A stretch of DNA of 64,000 nucleotides from Selaginella moellendorffii (Eukaryota; Plantae; Lycopodiophyta): contig NW_003314387.1 in assembly GCF_000143415.4 (NCBI RefSeq), forward strand, positions 124,001-188,000, read 5' to 3'. The notes beneath the pieces were generated by a model. That model was not told the DNA's origin. It ran no database searches and saw nothing but the letters and a program-made list of their open reading frames with translations. The translations under genes and the position numbers were made by a program. The stretch's first letter is position 1; each line of letters starts with the position of its first letter. Below, one piece after another: positions 49,160-62,429 of the stretch.

Positions 49160-51190
49160 ATGCTAGCTGGGGGAAGGAAATATGGAGAGACAAGCACCAC
49201 GGATCATTCTCACTGGGCGGCTCTTCTTCGCGAATGCAAGAGCTTGCCCCAGGCGAAGAAGCTCCACGCCGAGATCATCGATCACGGGCTCTCTAGCAGC
49301 ACCTATCTCGCCAATCTTCTCATCCAGCTCTATGGCCGATGCGGCAGCGTCGCCGACGCATCCAGCGTCTTCTCCTCCATGGCCGGGAATCGCAACATCT
49401 TCTCCTGGAACATCATGTTTACCGTGTTTGCCCAGCAAGGGGATCTTGGCCGCGCCAGGGATCTCTTCGATCGCATGCCCGATCGAAACGTCGTGTCCTG
49501 GAACGCGATGCTGGCGTGCTACGCGCAGTCGAGCCAGATCGCCCAGGCGGAGCTCCTCTTCCGCAAGATGCCGCAGAGGAGCCTCGCGTCTTGGAATTCG
49601 ATGATCGCCGCCTATGCCCAGAACGATCTCCCGGAGGAGGCGCTGGAGATCTTCACGCGCATGGATCTCGAGGGGATTGCCCCGGACAAGATCACGTTCG
49701 TTAGCGCCGTGAATGCGTGCTCCAGCCTGAAATCTCTCTACCACGGCAAGATCGCGCGGATGAAGATCCACGAATCGGGGCTGGAATCGGATGTTTCGGT
49801 GGGCAATGTTCTCATCACGATGTATGGGAGGTGTGGATCCATCCAGGACGCGAGAGATTGCTTTGATAAGATCAAGGATCCAAGCGTGGTCTCGTGGACA
49901 GCGCTCCTCACAGCATATGCCCAAAGGGGGGATTTGCAAGAGGCGGCTATGGTGTTCGATCGAATGCCACTGAAGAACGAAGTCTCCTGGACCGCGATGA
50001 TCACAGCGCACACCCAATTCGGCCACGCCCAGCAAGCGATCCTTCTCTTCCGGCGAATGGATCTCGACGGCGTCTATCCGGACGAGGTGACGGTGGTGAG
50101 CGCGATCGATGCTTGCGCCCATCAGGGCGATCTTGCCATGGGAATCGCGGTCCACAGCGATCTTGCGAGCAGCGGCGGGATCGAGATCGAGGATGCCGCG
50201 GTGGGGAATTCGCTGATCAATCTCTACGGCAAGTGTCGCATGGCGGAGGAAGCTCTGGAAGTCTTCCAATCCATGCGCTGCCGCAAGAACGTCGTCTCCT
50301 GGACCGCGATCGTCGCCGCGCTCGCCCAGAACAAGCGCCTGGATCAAGCCAGGGATCTCTTCGATCGGATGCCGATCCGGAACGTAGTCTCCTGGAACGC
50401 GATCATCACCGGCTACCTCGACGACGATCGCCCGCCCGACGCCATCGATCTCTACTACCGGATGCGCCAGGAGGGCGTGCCCGCGGATCGAGTGACATTC
50501 GTGGCGATGCTCGAGGCCGCCGCCTCCATCACGAATCTCGTCCTTGGCCGAGTCATCCATAGCCACACCCAAGAAGAAGGGATCGAGGGCGATATTCTCG
50601 TCGGTACCGCGCTGTTAAGCATGTACGGCCGGTGTGGCTGCACTGAGATGGCCGTTCGTACGTTCCACGGTATGCCGCCGCGGCACGACGTCGTCGTGTG
50701 GAGCGCGCTCATTGCCTCGTTTTCACACTGTGGAAATGGCGGGAAAGCACTGGAGGTGTTCCACGGCATGCTGCTCGACGGCATACTGCCCAACGGCGTC
50801 ACGCTTGTTAGCGTGCTCTCCGCGTGTAGCCACATTGGCGCCGTGGAAAAGGGCTGGGGTTTCCTGGCGTCCATGAGCTCGGATTTTGGGATCCAACCCT
50901 CGGAGGATCACTTGGCCTGCGCTGTGGATCTGCTCGGCCGATCGGGGCGCCTGGCCGAGGCCGAGGAGTTTCTGCTCGATAAGGATGAAGAAGGGGGCGG
51001 CCGCGGCTGGAAATCGCTCCTCGGCTCCTGCCAGGGAGATCTCGGCCGCGCGTCACGAATCGCGGAGCTAGTCCTGAGGCTGGATCCGGCGGATTGTTCG
51101 TCGCACGTCACGATCTCCAACATTCTCGCGTCGGCATCGCCGGCTCTAGGGTTTAATCCAGGAGGAGGGAAAAACGTGGCAATCTTTTAG
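49160..51190 (+). CDS. PLS-class pentatricopeptide repeat protein with partial E domain and no DYW (putative organellar RNA-editing factor)
   Basis: Intronless 676-aa ORF with repeated RNVVSWNAM, LITMYGRCG and VLSACSH motifs, then CAVDLLGRSGRL..AEE. Confidence 0.95.
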   Translation: MLAGGRKYGETSTTDHSHWAALLRECKSLPQAKKLHAEIIDHGLSSSTYLANLLIQLYGRCGSVADASSVFSSMAGNRNIFSWNIMFTVFAQQGDLGRARDLFDRMPDRNVVSWNAMLACYAQSSQIAQAELLFRKMPQRSLASWNSMIAAYAQNDLPEEALEIFTRMDLEGIAPDKITFVSAVNACSSLKSLYHGKIARMKIHESGLESDVSVGNVLITMYGRCGSIQDARDCFDKIKDPSVVSWTALLTAYAQRGDLQEAAMVFDRMPLKNEVSWTAMITAHTQFGHAQQAILLFRRMDLDGVYPDEVTVVSAIDACAHQGDLAMGIAVHSDLASSGGIEIEDAAVGNSLINLYGKCRMAEEALEVFQSMRCRKNVVSWTAIVAALAQNKRLDQARDLFDRMPIRNVVSWNAIITGYLDDDRPPDAIDLYYRMRQEGVPADRVTFVAMLEAAASITNLVLGRVIHSHTQEEGIEGDILVGTALLSMYGRCGCTEMAVRTFHGMPPRHDVVVWSALIASFSHCGNGGKALEVFHGMLLDGILPNGVTLVSVLSACSHIGAVEKGWGFLASMSSDFGIQPSEDHLACAVDLLGRSGRLAEAEEFLLDKDEEGGGRGWKSLLGSCQGDLGRASRIAELVLRLDPADCSSHVTISNILASASPALGFNPGGGKNVAIF

Positions 51191-51262
51191 GGTTCTTGGT
51201 CAGATTTGCTGATGAGATTCCAAGCTTGGCGAGCTGGGAATTGATTCCAAAGCGCGGGGCGC

Positions 51263-53118
51263 ATGATCGGAATGCCCCCCACTGCTCGCAAGTAAGCGCG
51301 TGTGTGCTGCCAATTCTCGATCTGTGTGTGATGACTCGCATCTATCATCCTTCTCCTGGCAGCGTGCTTGTCAAGCGAAATGAGTCGCTGCGCTTGATCA
51401 TTGCGGCTTTTTGCGGGATTGTGGTGGGAGTCTTCGTCGGTGTCTCCTTCTCCAGGGTAATTCTCCATCTTGATCTCACGAAGTTTGGCTCTGGCTCACA
51501 GCTTTCTCTTTTTCTTTCTTTTTCAGTCTGGCTTCTTTTTGTCCATGAGAACTCTGGTGGAGGAGTGTGGCCGGAAATCCTTGTTTTGCAAGGTAAGAGA
51601 GCGACTCTAGATCTATCACCATTTTCACCAGAGCTTGGTTTTTTTCTTCTTTTCCAGAACATCAAGCCTTCTGGTACAGAGACTCTACCGCCGGGAATTA
51701 TAGTTCCACAGACGGATCTTTTGTTGCGAAGATTGTGGGGAGATCCAAATGAGGTACTGCGCTCCAGATCCTTTTTTTTTCTCCTCCATGCATGCGTACC
51801 AGTTCCATCTGAGATAAAAGTAAACGAAGTTGCTTTACCTGCTTTTTTTTTTCTTTCTCTTTGTTGTAGGATATCGTCCACAGGCCCAAGTATCTACTGG
51901 CAGTAACAGTCGGTTTTGATCAGCGGGAGATGGTAAACAAAGCGGTCTCAAAAGTAAGCCTTGCTCGTTTCGTTCGTTCAATTAACTCATTCAGCGCTTG
52001 CAGTTTGACAAGGATTGGTTCGTCGTTCTCTTTCACTACGATGGACGAACTGATGGATGGGATCAGTACGAGTGGTCTCAGCGCGCTGTACATGTGAGCG
52101 TTAGGAAACAGACGAAATGGTAACTTTCTTCGGGTTAAAACTTGGCCCTGTCACATCCTGCTGTTGCTTTCTAGGTGGTATGCCAAACGATTCTTGCATC
52201 CGGATGTGGTTGCGCTGTTCGACTTCATATTTATATGGGATGAAGATCTGGACTTGGAACACTTCGATGCTCAGGAGTAAGCTAAAGAGCTACAAAGCTT
52301 GATCAATGGTTTGCTGTTTTTCTTTTCTGCAGGTATGTAGACCTTGTGAGAAGATACCAACTAGAAATATCGCAGCCTGCCGTAGACGGGGTTTTGACTT
52401 GGCAAATGACAAAACGTAGGGGTGACGTTGAGGTTCACAAGTGCGTCTAATCCAAATCTGGATTGTGTAAAATCATTGCTTGATGTTTTTTGCTCGCAGG
52501 GACGCTGAGGAAAGGCCAGGATGGTGCGCAGACGGTCCGGAAAAGCCACCTTGTGCTGCGTAAGTCTTGGCTTTCACTTGGACATAGATTTCTATTTCTT
52601 AGTGGTGTTTCTGGCAGATTTGTGGAGATCATGGCTCCGGTGTTTTCCAGGAATGCTTGGAGATGCGTGTGGCATATGATACAAAACGATTTGGTACACG
52701 GTTGGGGCCTCGACTTCAATCTTCAGAAATGTGCACAGGTTAGTTCTAGTGTATTTGACTTCCAGGTTCTTACGTTTTCGTTTGTGGTTACATACAGCCG
52801 GCGCACGAGAAGATTGGAGTCGTAGATTCACAGTGGATACAGCACAAGGGTGTGCCTTCTTTGGGATCTCAGGTAAAGAAGCTCAAAACTTCTCCTTAGT
52901 TCTTCAATCAAACTTTTGCTCCAGGGGCAAACGGTGCAAGGAGGCAAACCACCATGGCAAGGGGTATGGCCTTAACTTCACTAGGACTGCTTTTAACAAC
53001 GTGATTGCATTCGTAGGTGCGAGAGAGATGTAGGCTTGAGTGGAGAATTTTCACGGAGCGAATGAAAGATGCCGAGAGGAATGCCACTAATGACCTCCAT
53101 CGCCATGGTATTTTCTAA
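51263..53118 (+). CDS. Multi-exon DUF707 family protein (type II membrane, putative glycosyltransferase-like)
   Basis: Exons give RNESLRLIIAAFCGIVVGVFVGVSF, PSGTETLPPGIIVPQTDLLLRRLWGDP, VLFHYDG, WYAKRFLHPDVV, EISQP and FVEIMAPVFSRNAWRCVWHMIQNDLVHGWGLD. Stop TAA at 53116-53118. Start is 51263 or 51272. Confidence 0.9.
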
Positions 53119-54705
53119 CTGGCTATCAAATTCTTTTCACAGAGGCCATCAATTCTTTTGTTGGCAATTGTTCCCATAAATAAGTAAAACTAAAATTTAA
53201 AACTAAAGTTTAGGATTTATATTTTAAAATATGTAATAATATTATGTTTAAATTTAATTAAGTATAAGTGCATGGAATATAGAAATGGAATATAGAAATG
53301 GACATCCAAAATCCCTAATTTATATACAGGAGGGAATGATTTGGATTGAAACCAATATAACATTTATTAAAATCCCACTATACTAATATTAATATAAGGC
53401 ATTGTATTTGTAAATTTGGGCCTCATATTATCCTTTTCTCTCGGAATGATAAAAGATAATTAAGGTTATATAATGGACATGTCAGAATAAAGAGAAACAT
53501 CAGGAGGAGGCATTAGTGGATATATAGGTGATACTAGCTTTTCCTAATCTTTTTATATGAAGCCTTTTAACTATTGCATATGCATAATTTCTAAAAGATT
53601 GACTTGTTGAACATCATATTAAACCTTATAAATTTAGGGTCTAACTTGTTACAATATCTAATATAGTCCTTTCTACTAAACAAGGAGCCCCTTAGATAAA
53701 CCACATACCATAAAATTGGGAAAACAGACTAACATTAAATTATTCACTTTTGTATTCTATAGATGGACGATGATGGGAGTTATTGTGCCATTGTTGTCCC
53801 ACTTGTACACAGCCCAGATGTTTAGCAGACTTTACTCATATAAGTGGAAGAATCCTCATCAAATATTGATCCCAAGACTTAGCATCGACAGTTCATAGCA
53901 ATTGCAAAGGTAAACTCAACTCTATTGGTAGTATTAAATCATGACCATATAGGAATTTTTATTGTGAAGCAATAACAAAACTCTACACCATTATGATATA
54001 TATATATATATACTGAAGAGATGGCAAATAACCATCCCAATCCAAATGTTAAAAGTTTATATACTTCACAATCATCTCTTTGAAGGTCCAAATGAGTTGT
54101 GCCACCAAACCATCTGATTGTGGATAATAAACAGTTGTGAAAGTGTGGCATATCCCCAACCGAGACGTCAAAACATGAAATGCCTCAACCATAAATGTGG
54201 GACTATTAGCCGAAAGAATTCACTTCGAACAAAACTGTTAAAACACCACTCAATTAAGGAAGAAGTATCTAATAGCAATTGCAGACACATTAACAAAGCA
54301 CCAACTTTCACTCAATGAGTTAAGTAGTCAGAAGCAATAATAACACACTCATTGCCAAATAATTAACCGTGGAAAATGCCCCATCAAATCAAATGCCACC
54401 AACTTAAATGGATGGGAAATTACAATTGACTTTAACCGTCCTTTTGCAACATAATGGGGAGTATTACGAGCTTGGCATTAAATGCAACTATATACATACT
54501 AAATAACATCATGTGGCATCTCTGATTAATAGAAGGACTTGTGCAGCTTCTCAATCACACAAAGATGTACTATATACCCACTTAGAATCGGAAAATCATA
54601 GTAGGTATGGAGAAAGCATGGAATAAAGATTGAAAGCACCACTAGCCATAATAATCACCAAAATTTATCCCCACATAATAAGAAAGACCATTCATAAGGT
54701 GATAT

Positions 54706-57298
54706 TGTAGCATACGTGGTTTTCACCTTTTATCTTATGGTGATTTACCATAGGATAACCACAAAATAGAATCTAAACCTTTTATATGCCACATGTCACA
54801 AGCCATGTGCACATGCCATGTGTCCAAGGACAGCAAAATGAAACCCAAGTTTCAAGGCCTTGGGCCACTAAACGAAGGAGTAGAGCTAAAACTCCCAATT
54901 TTGCAACTAAAGAGCAAGGGAATTGAAGCACGAAGTGACTTTTGTGCATTCAACCCAAACAATAAAGGGACAAAAGCACAAAACGATATAGGAATAGTTC
55001 TAGAGTATTCAATATTCCAATGCTAAGACCAACACATAAAATGGAGCCAAACTGTAAGCGACAAAATTTTCCATTTTACAATAGTCACTTAACCAAACCT
55101 CCAACCACTTGAAGGAGTCTCTCTCACAACCTCCATAAATTCTATTTTAGACTTAGGGCTTGCTAGCCCTAAGAATGGCATCCATGCCACTCAACCTTTA
55201 CATTTAGTCCAAGTGCTACAATGTCCAATCCTATGATTGACACCCAAATGTATGTTATGCTAAAGCCATGCCCATTCACCCTTGTCACACTGGTGATCCA
55301 ACACCACCTACATCATAGTCCCGACCCTAAAAAATTAAGCCATCCGTCCATGAATGATCATCTTAAATCCACTCTTTAGCATCCTTAGGATGCCCACAAA
55401 TATGGGGGACAGCCTTCCCCAATATCTCTTTTTTGGTCCCCACCAAGTCCCTTTTTGTCCATAGCTGTGTTCGCTAACATTGCCATTGAGTCAAAGCCTA
55501 TAGACCCAACCACTAAATCCCATTGTCCTTTGGCACTTCCTCACTATAGGACCATATCCTTGGTCACTAAACCAAAGGATTGCTCCTCTTCCTTTTCACA
55601 ATCTGGGACTTTGGGATAACATTTCGGAACACCGTGGCCCTACATGAGCCTCATGGGTACTTTCCCCAACTTTCACCTTTGGGTGCTCTAACCATGGGGC
55701 TAGAGTGAAGTTCTGTTGAGCCACACTAGGTATCCAAATAAGTAGTGTTATCCACACTTGGACTGGGAGTATTAACCATTCAATCTCCTAAGGGAACTAG
55801 AGCTGGCTCTTGAACAATTCACTAAAATACCCCGCTTTTAAGTTTGTATTCATTCTAGCCTTGGATTCCTCAGTGGATATATCATCACCCAACATATGGG
55901 CATAACCTTCCTAGGTCATATTGGCCTTTCCTTGCCAAACTGACTCCATTGGGGTCCAACCCCCACACTCTCCCTATTATACTTTTGGAACCCCCTACAG
56001 CCTTTGCTGGGGGACAATCGCTTTGGGCTTTCACCCAACAGCTTGTATTAGTATTCAAACTCAAACTCGGATTCGGACTCGGACTCGGACTCGAACTCGA
56101 TTTCGGCCTCAGACTCAGTTGCGAACTTGGACTCGGTCTCAATCTCGGTCTCAATCTTGGACTCCATCTCGAACTATGTCTCGAGTCCATCTCAAACTCC
56201 ATCTTAGGTCCATCTTGGACTCCATCATGGGTCTATCTCAGACTACATCTCGGGTCCATCTTGGACTCCATCTTGGACTTCATCTCGACTCCATCTCATA
56301 CTCCATCTCGAGTTCATCTCAGACTCTATTTCGGGTCCATCTCAGATTCTATCTCAGGTCCATCTCAACACTTCCACATATCATGTGTTGGTCCTCTTGT
56401 GTCCCTTTTCTAAAGACTTATTTATTGCTTGCTTCGAGCTCGTTTCTTGAGCCCTTCTTTGGGAGTTCCACTCCCACTTTTGACTTTTCAAGTTAGAACT
56501 TTTAGTCCAAACATGTTACACTCATTTGGCTTTTGCTTTGGCCATTACCATATGACACCCTTTTGGCTCCACTTTGGGGCTTAAGAATTTGTGTCTCACA
56601 CAAAAAGAGTTTAATGCTATTTTAGCATACTAATGGCTTAATACAAGGATATATGTACTCTACCAGCTAATATGGTATAGAACTTAGGCTTACACCCAAG
56701 TTGGATGCAGAACAAGTACACACAAGTGGAAGCTATTTTATACCTCAAGTTGCCCCCTCCCCCCTTAGCAGAATGCATGCTTTAGGTTTTCACTATTGGT
56801 ACCAAGAGTTAGTCTTCGGGATAAACTTGAAACTTATAGAATATAGAATGGTGTTAAATTGTGAATTTGGATACAGAGCCAACACCATTGTGTTTAGGAC
56901 AATTTCTAGATATGAAAAATTAGCAAATCTAAACACTTTCTTTAAATAGCCAATAGAACCGAATAAAACCAATATATAGAGCATAATAGCAAGGGTATTT
57001 GGAGAATATAGTAAGCTATCATCTGGCAATATTAAGGGATTAGTATCAATATATGAGGGTTTTTGAAAGCTAGTGGAAAACAAAGCAAAAGAGAACTAAA
57101 AGTCAGGTCAAGTATGCTTAAAAATAAACACATAGAAATTCCTATGTTATGTTCATTTGGCTAAGTACAAATGCTAAGACTAATTTACTAACACTTAAAT
57201 AAGAAGGGTTGGAAAGGGAATCAACAATACTAAGGAAAGAATATTTGAAATGACTAGTTGATATGTAACTTTTGATACTTGCAGCCATATTCACAACA
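54706..57298 (-). mobile_element. Solo LTR-B (about 1.04 kb net) containing an LTR-A solo
   Basis: TGTAGC...CAACA termini; TSD GATAT/AATAT. The flanks rejoin the family-D pol. Confidence 0.85.
55053..56600 (-). mobile_element. Solo LTR-A
   Basis: TGTAAGCG...CTCACA termini; TSD CAAAC/CAAAA. Confidence 0.9.
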
Positions 57299-58057
57299 AA
57301 TATTGAGAGCGTAAATACCAAAATAGTAAGTCATCAACAAATTATATAAGATTCTCAAACCCATCGTAAAGCCTTCAAATCCATGACCCAATCTTTTGAG
57401 CCTCACAAACCTCATCATGAAAAGGTAAATCTTGTTTTACTCCTTGTAGACACTAAACATCAAATACAACAATAGTCAATAGCATGGAATTTTAATCCAA
57501 AACATTCACAGATGTTGGAATAATAGGTTCATTAGAAATATGAAAAGAGAGCAAAAAAGGAAAAGGAGCTCAAGAAAGGGCATCAGCATCAGCTATAGAA
57601 CTCCCTGAGTAATGAATAACATCAAAATTATATATCTGAAGCTTCAAAGCCCACTAAGCAATATAACCAACTGAGTTCTTCTGCTTCAATAATAAAGTAA
57701 TTGCAGCATGATAATCTTCTAGTAAAGTCTAGGACCTATATAGATATGCATGAAATTTCTCAAAACCCTAAATTACTACTAAACACTTATTCTTTATTAT
57801 AGAGTAATTCACCTCCACTGGTTGTAATGTATAGTTGATATATGCAATGGGATAGTGTTGACCATGCACACTCAAACTCTTTTGCATCAACACACCTCCA
57901 AGACAAATATCAAAAACATCCATGTGCAAAATAAAAGGTAGAATGAAAATTGGAGGAGTCATCAATAGGTCTTTGAGATTTGTAAATACCCACTCACAAT
58001 CCATAAACCAAATGAAGAAAAAATTAATGACTTCAGCAACACTTGCAACAGTGCAAT

Positions 58058-59053
58058 TGTAAACTCTTGAGTTTAGACTTTCTGGTAGGTCACCCAACTC
58101 AGCACTACTCAAACCCAAGAAGTGCACTTTTATTCATGGGCTATTTCACTCTATATTTGTCACGAATGTGACTTCAGGTATCGAAAGATACTTGTCGGCC
58201 AATCCTTACGGACACTCTTTCTTTACTGCCATAACAGCAGGAGGTCAGTACAGTTGGATCCCTTTAGTAGCCCCTCTTGTGCTAGTGGAGTTAACTAGGC
58301 ATTTCGAGTGTACATAGACCGAATGAGCATAAAGATGAAATTTCTACATGCTATTAGCTAAGTATACTAACTAAGTATACATAACTATTCTTAACTCGGG
58401 GTAAGTATACTTAGCTAATAGCACATAGGAATTCCATCCTTATGCACATCCGATTTAAGTACACTCGAAATGCCCAGTTAACTCCACTAGTACAAGAGGG
58501 GCTACTAAAGGGATCCAACTGTACCGACCTCCTGCCGTTATGGCAGTAAGGAAAGAGTGTCCATAAGGACTGGCCGACAAGTATCTTTCGATACCCAAAG
58601 TCACATTCGCGACAATATTGAACCTCTATAGATCGTTTTTTAAGTCGTTCTCTTTGGTTGTTTACAATCCACCACATTTCTCTGCAAGTTCACGCCTCCA
58701 TGAATAACAGTTGAGAGCCATAGCTCTTCCGAGAGCTCTGCTCTCTTGACAATCTAGCTCAGTTGGAGCAAATTAGACATGCTAGATGTCAATCAACATG
58801 TGCTGTGATTCCCCTATCCAACTAACAAAGTCTGACCCAAGACCCCTCTGATACCAAATATAAACTCTTGAGTTTGGACTTCCTAATAGGTCATCTAGCC
58901 TAGTACTACTCAAACTTAAGAACACGTAACTTTAAGTATCCGAAGACCCTTTAACCGATTGAAAAAAGAGATGCACTCTTATTTATAGGCCCTTTCCCTC
59001 TATATTGAACCCCTGTAAATAATTTCTTGAGTTGTTGTCTTTGGTTGCTTACA
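58058..59053 (-). mobile_element. Second, older Cassandra-type TRIM interrupted by a fold-back element
   Basis: Two 5S-containing LTRs, internal region homologous to 42861-43065, PBS ctctgatacca near 58846, TSD GCAAT/GCAGT. Confidence 0.88.
58158..58614. mobile_element. Fold-back element made of two inverted 211-bp LTR-B 5' ends
   Basis: Arms 58158-58368 and 58404-58614 are reverse complements. TG...CA termini and a perfect TSD ATATT. Confidence 0.9.
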
Positions 59054-59086
59054 GCAGTGTGATGATGATCAAGACTGAGATATTGC

Positions 59087-60853
59087 TGTGAGACACAAAA
59101 TCCCTAGGCCCCAAAGTGGAGCTGGAAAGGGTGCCACGTGGTAGTGGCCGAAGTGAAAGCTAAACGAGTGTAACACGTTTGGACTAAAAGCTTTGACTTG
59201 GAAGGCCGAGAGCGGGAGTGGAATGTGAGACACAAAATCCCTAGGCCCCAAAGTGGAGCTAGAAATGGTGCCACGTGGTAGTGGCCGAAGTGAAAGCCAA
59301 ACAAGCGTAACACGTTTGGACTAAAAGCTCCGACTTGAAAGGTCAAGAGTGGGAGTGGAACTCCCAACAAAGTGCTCGAGGAACAAGCACGAAGCGAGCA
59401 ATAAGCGAGGCTCCAAAAGGGGACCCAAAAAGGACTAACACATGACACGTGGAAGTGTCTGGGATGGAGTCCGAGACGGACCCTAGTTGGAGTCTGAGAT
59501 GGACCCAAAGTGGAGTCCGATATGGAGTCCGAAGTGGAGTCCGAGATGGAGTCCGATATGGAGTCCGAGATGGACCCGAAGTGGAGTCCGATATGGAGTC
59601 CGAAGTGGAGTCTGAGATGGAGTCCGATATGGAGTCCGAGATGGACCTGAAGTGGAGTCCGATATGGAGTCCGAGGTGGACCGAGACGGGGTCCGAGATG
59701 GACCCGAGATGGAGTCCGAGATGGACCCAAGATGGAGTCCGAGATGGAGTCCGAGATGGAACCGAGGCCGAGGCTGAGACCGAGGCCGAGACTGAGACCG
59801 AGACCGAGTCCGAGTCCGAAACCAGGACTGAGACTGAGTCCGAGTCCGAGTTCAAGCCCGAGTCCGAGTCCGAATACTAATACAGGCAGTTGGGTGAAAG
59901 CCCAAAACGATCGTCCCCCAGGGAAGGGGGAGGACTGCAGTGGAGCCAGTTTGGCCAGGAAAGGCCAGTTTGGCCCAGGAAGGCCAGACCCAGTGTTGGG
60001 TGAGGAGCTGACCACTGGGAAGTCCAAGACTAGAGTGAACATGGACCGACAAGCGGGGTAGCTTGGTGAAGTGTTCAAGAGCCAGCTCTAGTTCCCCCGG
60101 GAGATCGACTGGCCGATGCTCCCAGTCCAAGTGTGGGTGGCACTACCTACTTGGATACTAGGCGTGGCTCAACGGAACCTCACTCTAAGCCCATGGCTAG
60201 AGCACCTAAAGGCGAAAGGTGGGGAGAGTACCCAGGTGGCTCGCGTAAGGCCACGGTGTTTCGAAATGTTGTCCCAAAGGCCTAGACTGTGGAAAGGAAG
60301 AGGAGCAGTCCCCTGGGGTAGTGACCAAGGACACAGTCGTGTGGTGAGGAAGTCCCAGAGGACCATGGGACTTAGTGGTCAGGCCTGTGGGCCTCGATCC
60401 AGTGGCAGTGTTGGCAAACACGGCCAGGGGCAGAAAGGGACTTGGTAGGAACTGACAAAGGGACTTTGGGGAAGGTGATTCCCCAGGTCTGTGGGCATCC
60501 TAAGGATGCTAAGGAGTGGATCCAGGATGACCACTCGTGGACAGATGGCCCAGTCCTGGAGAGACGGGATAGTGATGCAAGTGGTATTGGACCACTAGTG
60601 CAGCAAAGGTGAATGGGCATGGCCTTAGCGTAACGGGCCGAGATGTCAGTGGTACCTTTGGGTGTCGGTCTTGGGACCAGACACGTGGAGCACTTGGACC
60701 AGGTGTAAGTGTGGAGTGGCATGGATGCCATTCTTGGGGCTAGCAAATCCCAAGTCCTGAATTGGACTGATGGAGGTTGTGAATGAGACTCCTCCAAGTG
60801 GTCGGAGGTGTGGTTAAGTGACTAAAGTAGAATGGAAAATTTAGTCGCTTACA
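59087..60853 (+). mobile_element. Solo LTR-A with its first 137 bp duplicated
   Basis: TGTGAGAC at both 59087 and 59224; ends GCTTACA; perfect TSD ATTGC. Confidence 0.92.
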
Positions 60854-62429
60854 ATTGCACCTTGCTCAGGAAGTGCTATACATCATTCACACACTTTGGA
60901 ATAGGAAACTTAAGAACAACTACAAATTTATCAAGATTAACTTACAAACCCTCACAAGAAATATGGTACCCAAGATAAATAATGTTTTTGGACCTAAATA
61001 TGCACTTCGATAGCTTCAGTTTTAAACCAACTTCCCATAATCAATCTAACATATTATGAACATCATGGATGTGTTCCTTTTACATCCCCTCCGAATGAAT
61101 CAAGACATCATCAATGAATTCAATTGTCACTTTTGGCATATTGCAAAGAATCTCATCCATCATCTACTAGAAAGTTGTTGAAGCATTATTTAAACCAAAT
61201 GGCATCACCAAAACTTATATAGACTAAATAGTGTATGAAAAATAGTTTTAAAAATATCCTCTTCAGCCATCGGCATTTGTTAATACCTAGAAATAAGATC
61301 TCCTCAAACAATCTAAGAAATCAACAATGTGAAAAAGAGGATAAATATATGGAATTAATATTTTATTTAATGGATGATAATTGATATAGAAATGAATACT
61401 CTCATCAAGCTTCGTCATAAGATGAGGTTCACATGCTTAAAGATTCTACAACTTTTGAATAACACCCTTTTCCAACATCTCTTTGACGTTGACACATAAA
61501 ATCTTGATCTTTTTTAGTGACCAAAAAGAATAAGAACCTTGATTGAACGAGCATCTCGAGTTAGAATATGATGATATGTCACAATCTTAACCCTAGTCAA
61601 CAGATCAAATTCAAAAAGATTGGCATACTCCATGAGTCAATCAACCACTACAACACAAAAACTATTAGAGGGATTTAAAAAGGGAATAGAGAAATAGATA
61701 GAAACAAAAGAGGAAGTAAAGGTAAAAATGAGAGATAAAAATGATAGAAGCAGAGGGACTAAGAGGAACAAAAATGAGAGGAATATAAGAAATATTAAAA
61801 AATATAAGATAAAGAGGAGAAGTCTCAAAATCACACTTAGTATAATTGTATTGCAACAAATGCATATCAAGGATAAGGTCACCCGTAACAACTATAACTC
61901 AAGTTTGAGATTGCTTATAAACACAATTAAGTCCACCTCATCTCGCATATATATATGTGTATGGCCATTGTCATAAAGAATGAAAACTAACTTTGCTATA
62001 TAATGCAAATGTAGATGGCAATATGTAGCAATAAACCAAGCAATAGAAGATAATCTCAAGTTTGTATTAATTGGAGAGAATAATAAAAAACCTCTTGTTA
62101 TAAAAACAAGCTTAGAAGTAAATATTAGATGAACTAATGCTAAATGAACCCTTTGATGAATAGCTATCAAAATCCCACTAGGCTAATATTAAGATACGGT
62201 ATTATAACTATACATTTGGACATCACATCATCCCCTCTTAAAATGATGAAAGACAATCAAGGTTCTCTAGATGTTTTTCTTGATGATTGGGCTGGAAAGA
62301 CACATAAAACAAGGTTAAGAACTAGCAAACCCAAACCACACAGACCAATGAGCGATTGTTATGGTGTTGATCAAGCTGGAGAAAGAATAGCAAGATCAAA
62401 AACTATCAACTAGACAGAGAAAGCAAACC

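Larger units (their letters stand above)
53262..62226 (-). mobile_element. Second decayed family-D gypsy element split by nested insertions (IN 53600-54705, RH 57300-58057, RT/PR 60860-62160)
   Basis: Collinear reverse complement of 5900-9461. PPT remnant near 53431 and a short LTR at about 53262-53427. Confidence 0.85.

Noticed and set aside
49163-50572. 469-aa antisense ORF over the PPR gene
   Set aside because: Expected shadow ORF of GC3-rich coding sequence, with no recognisable domain.
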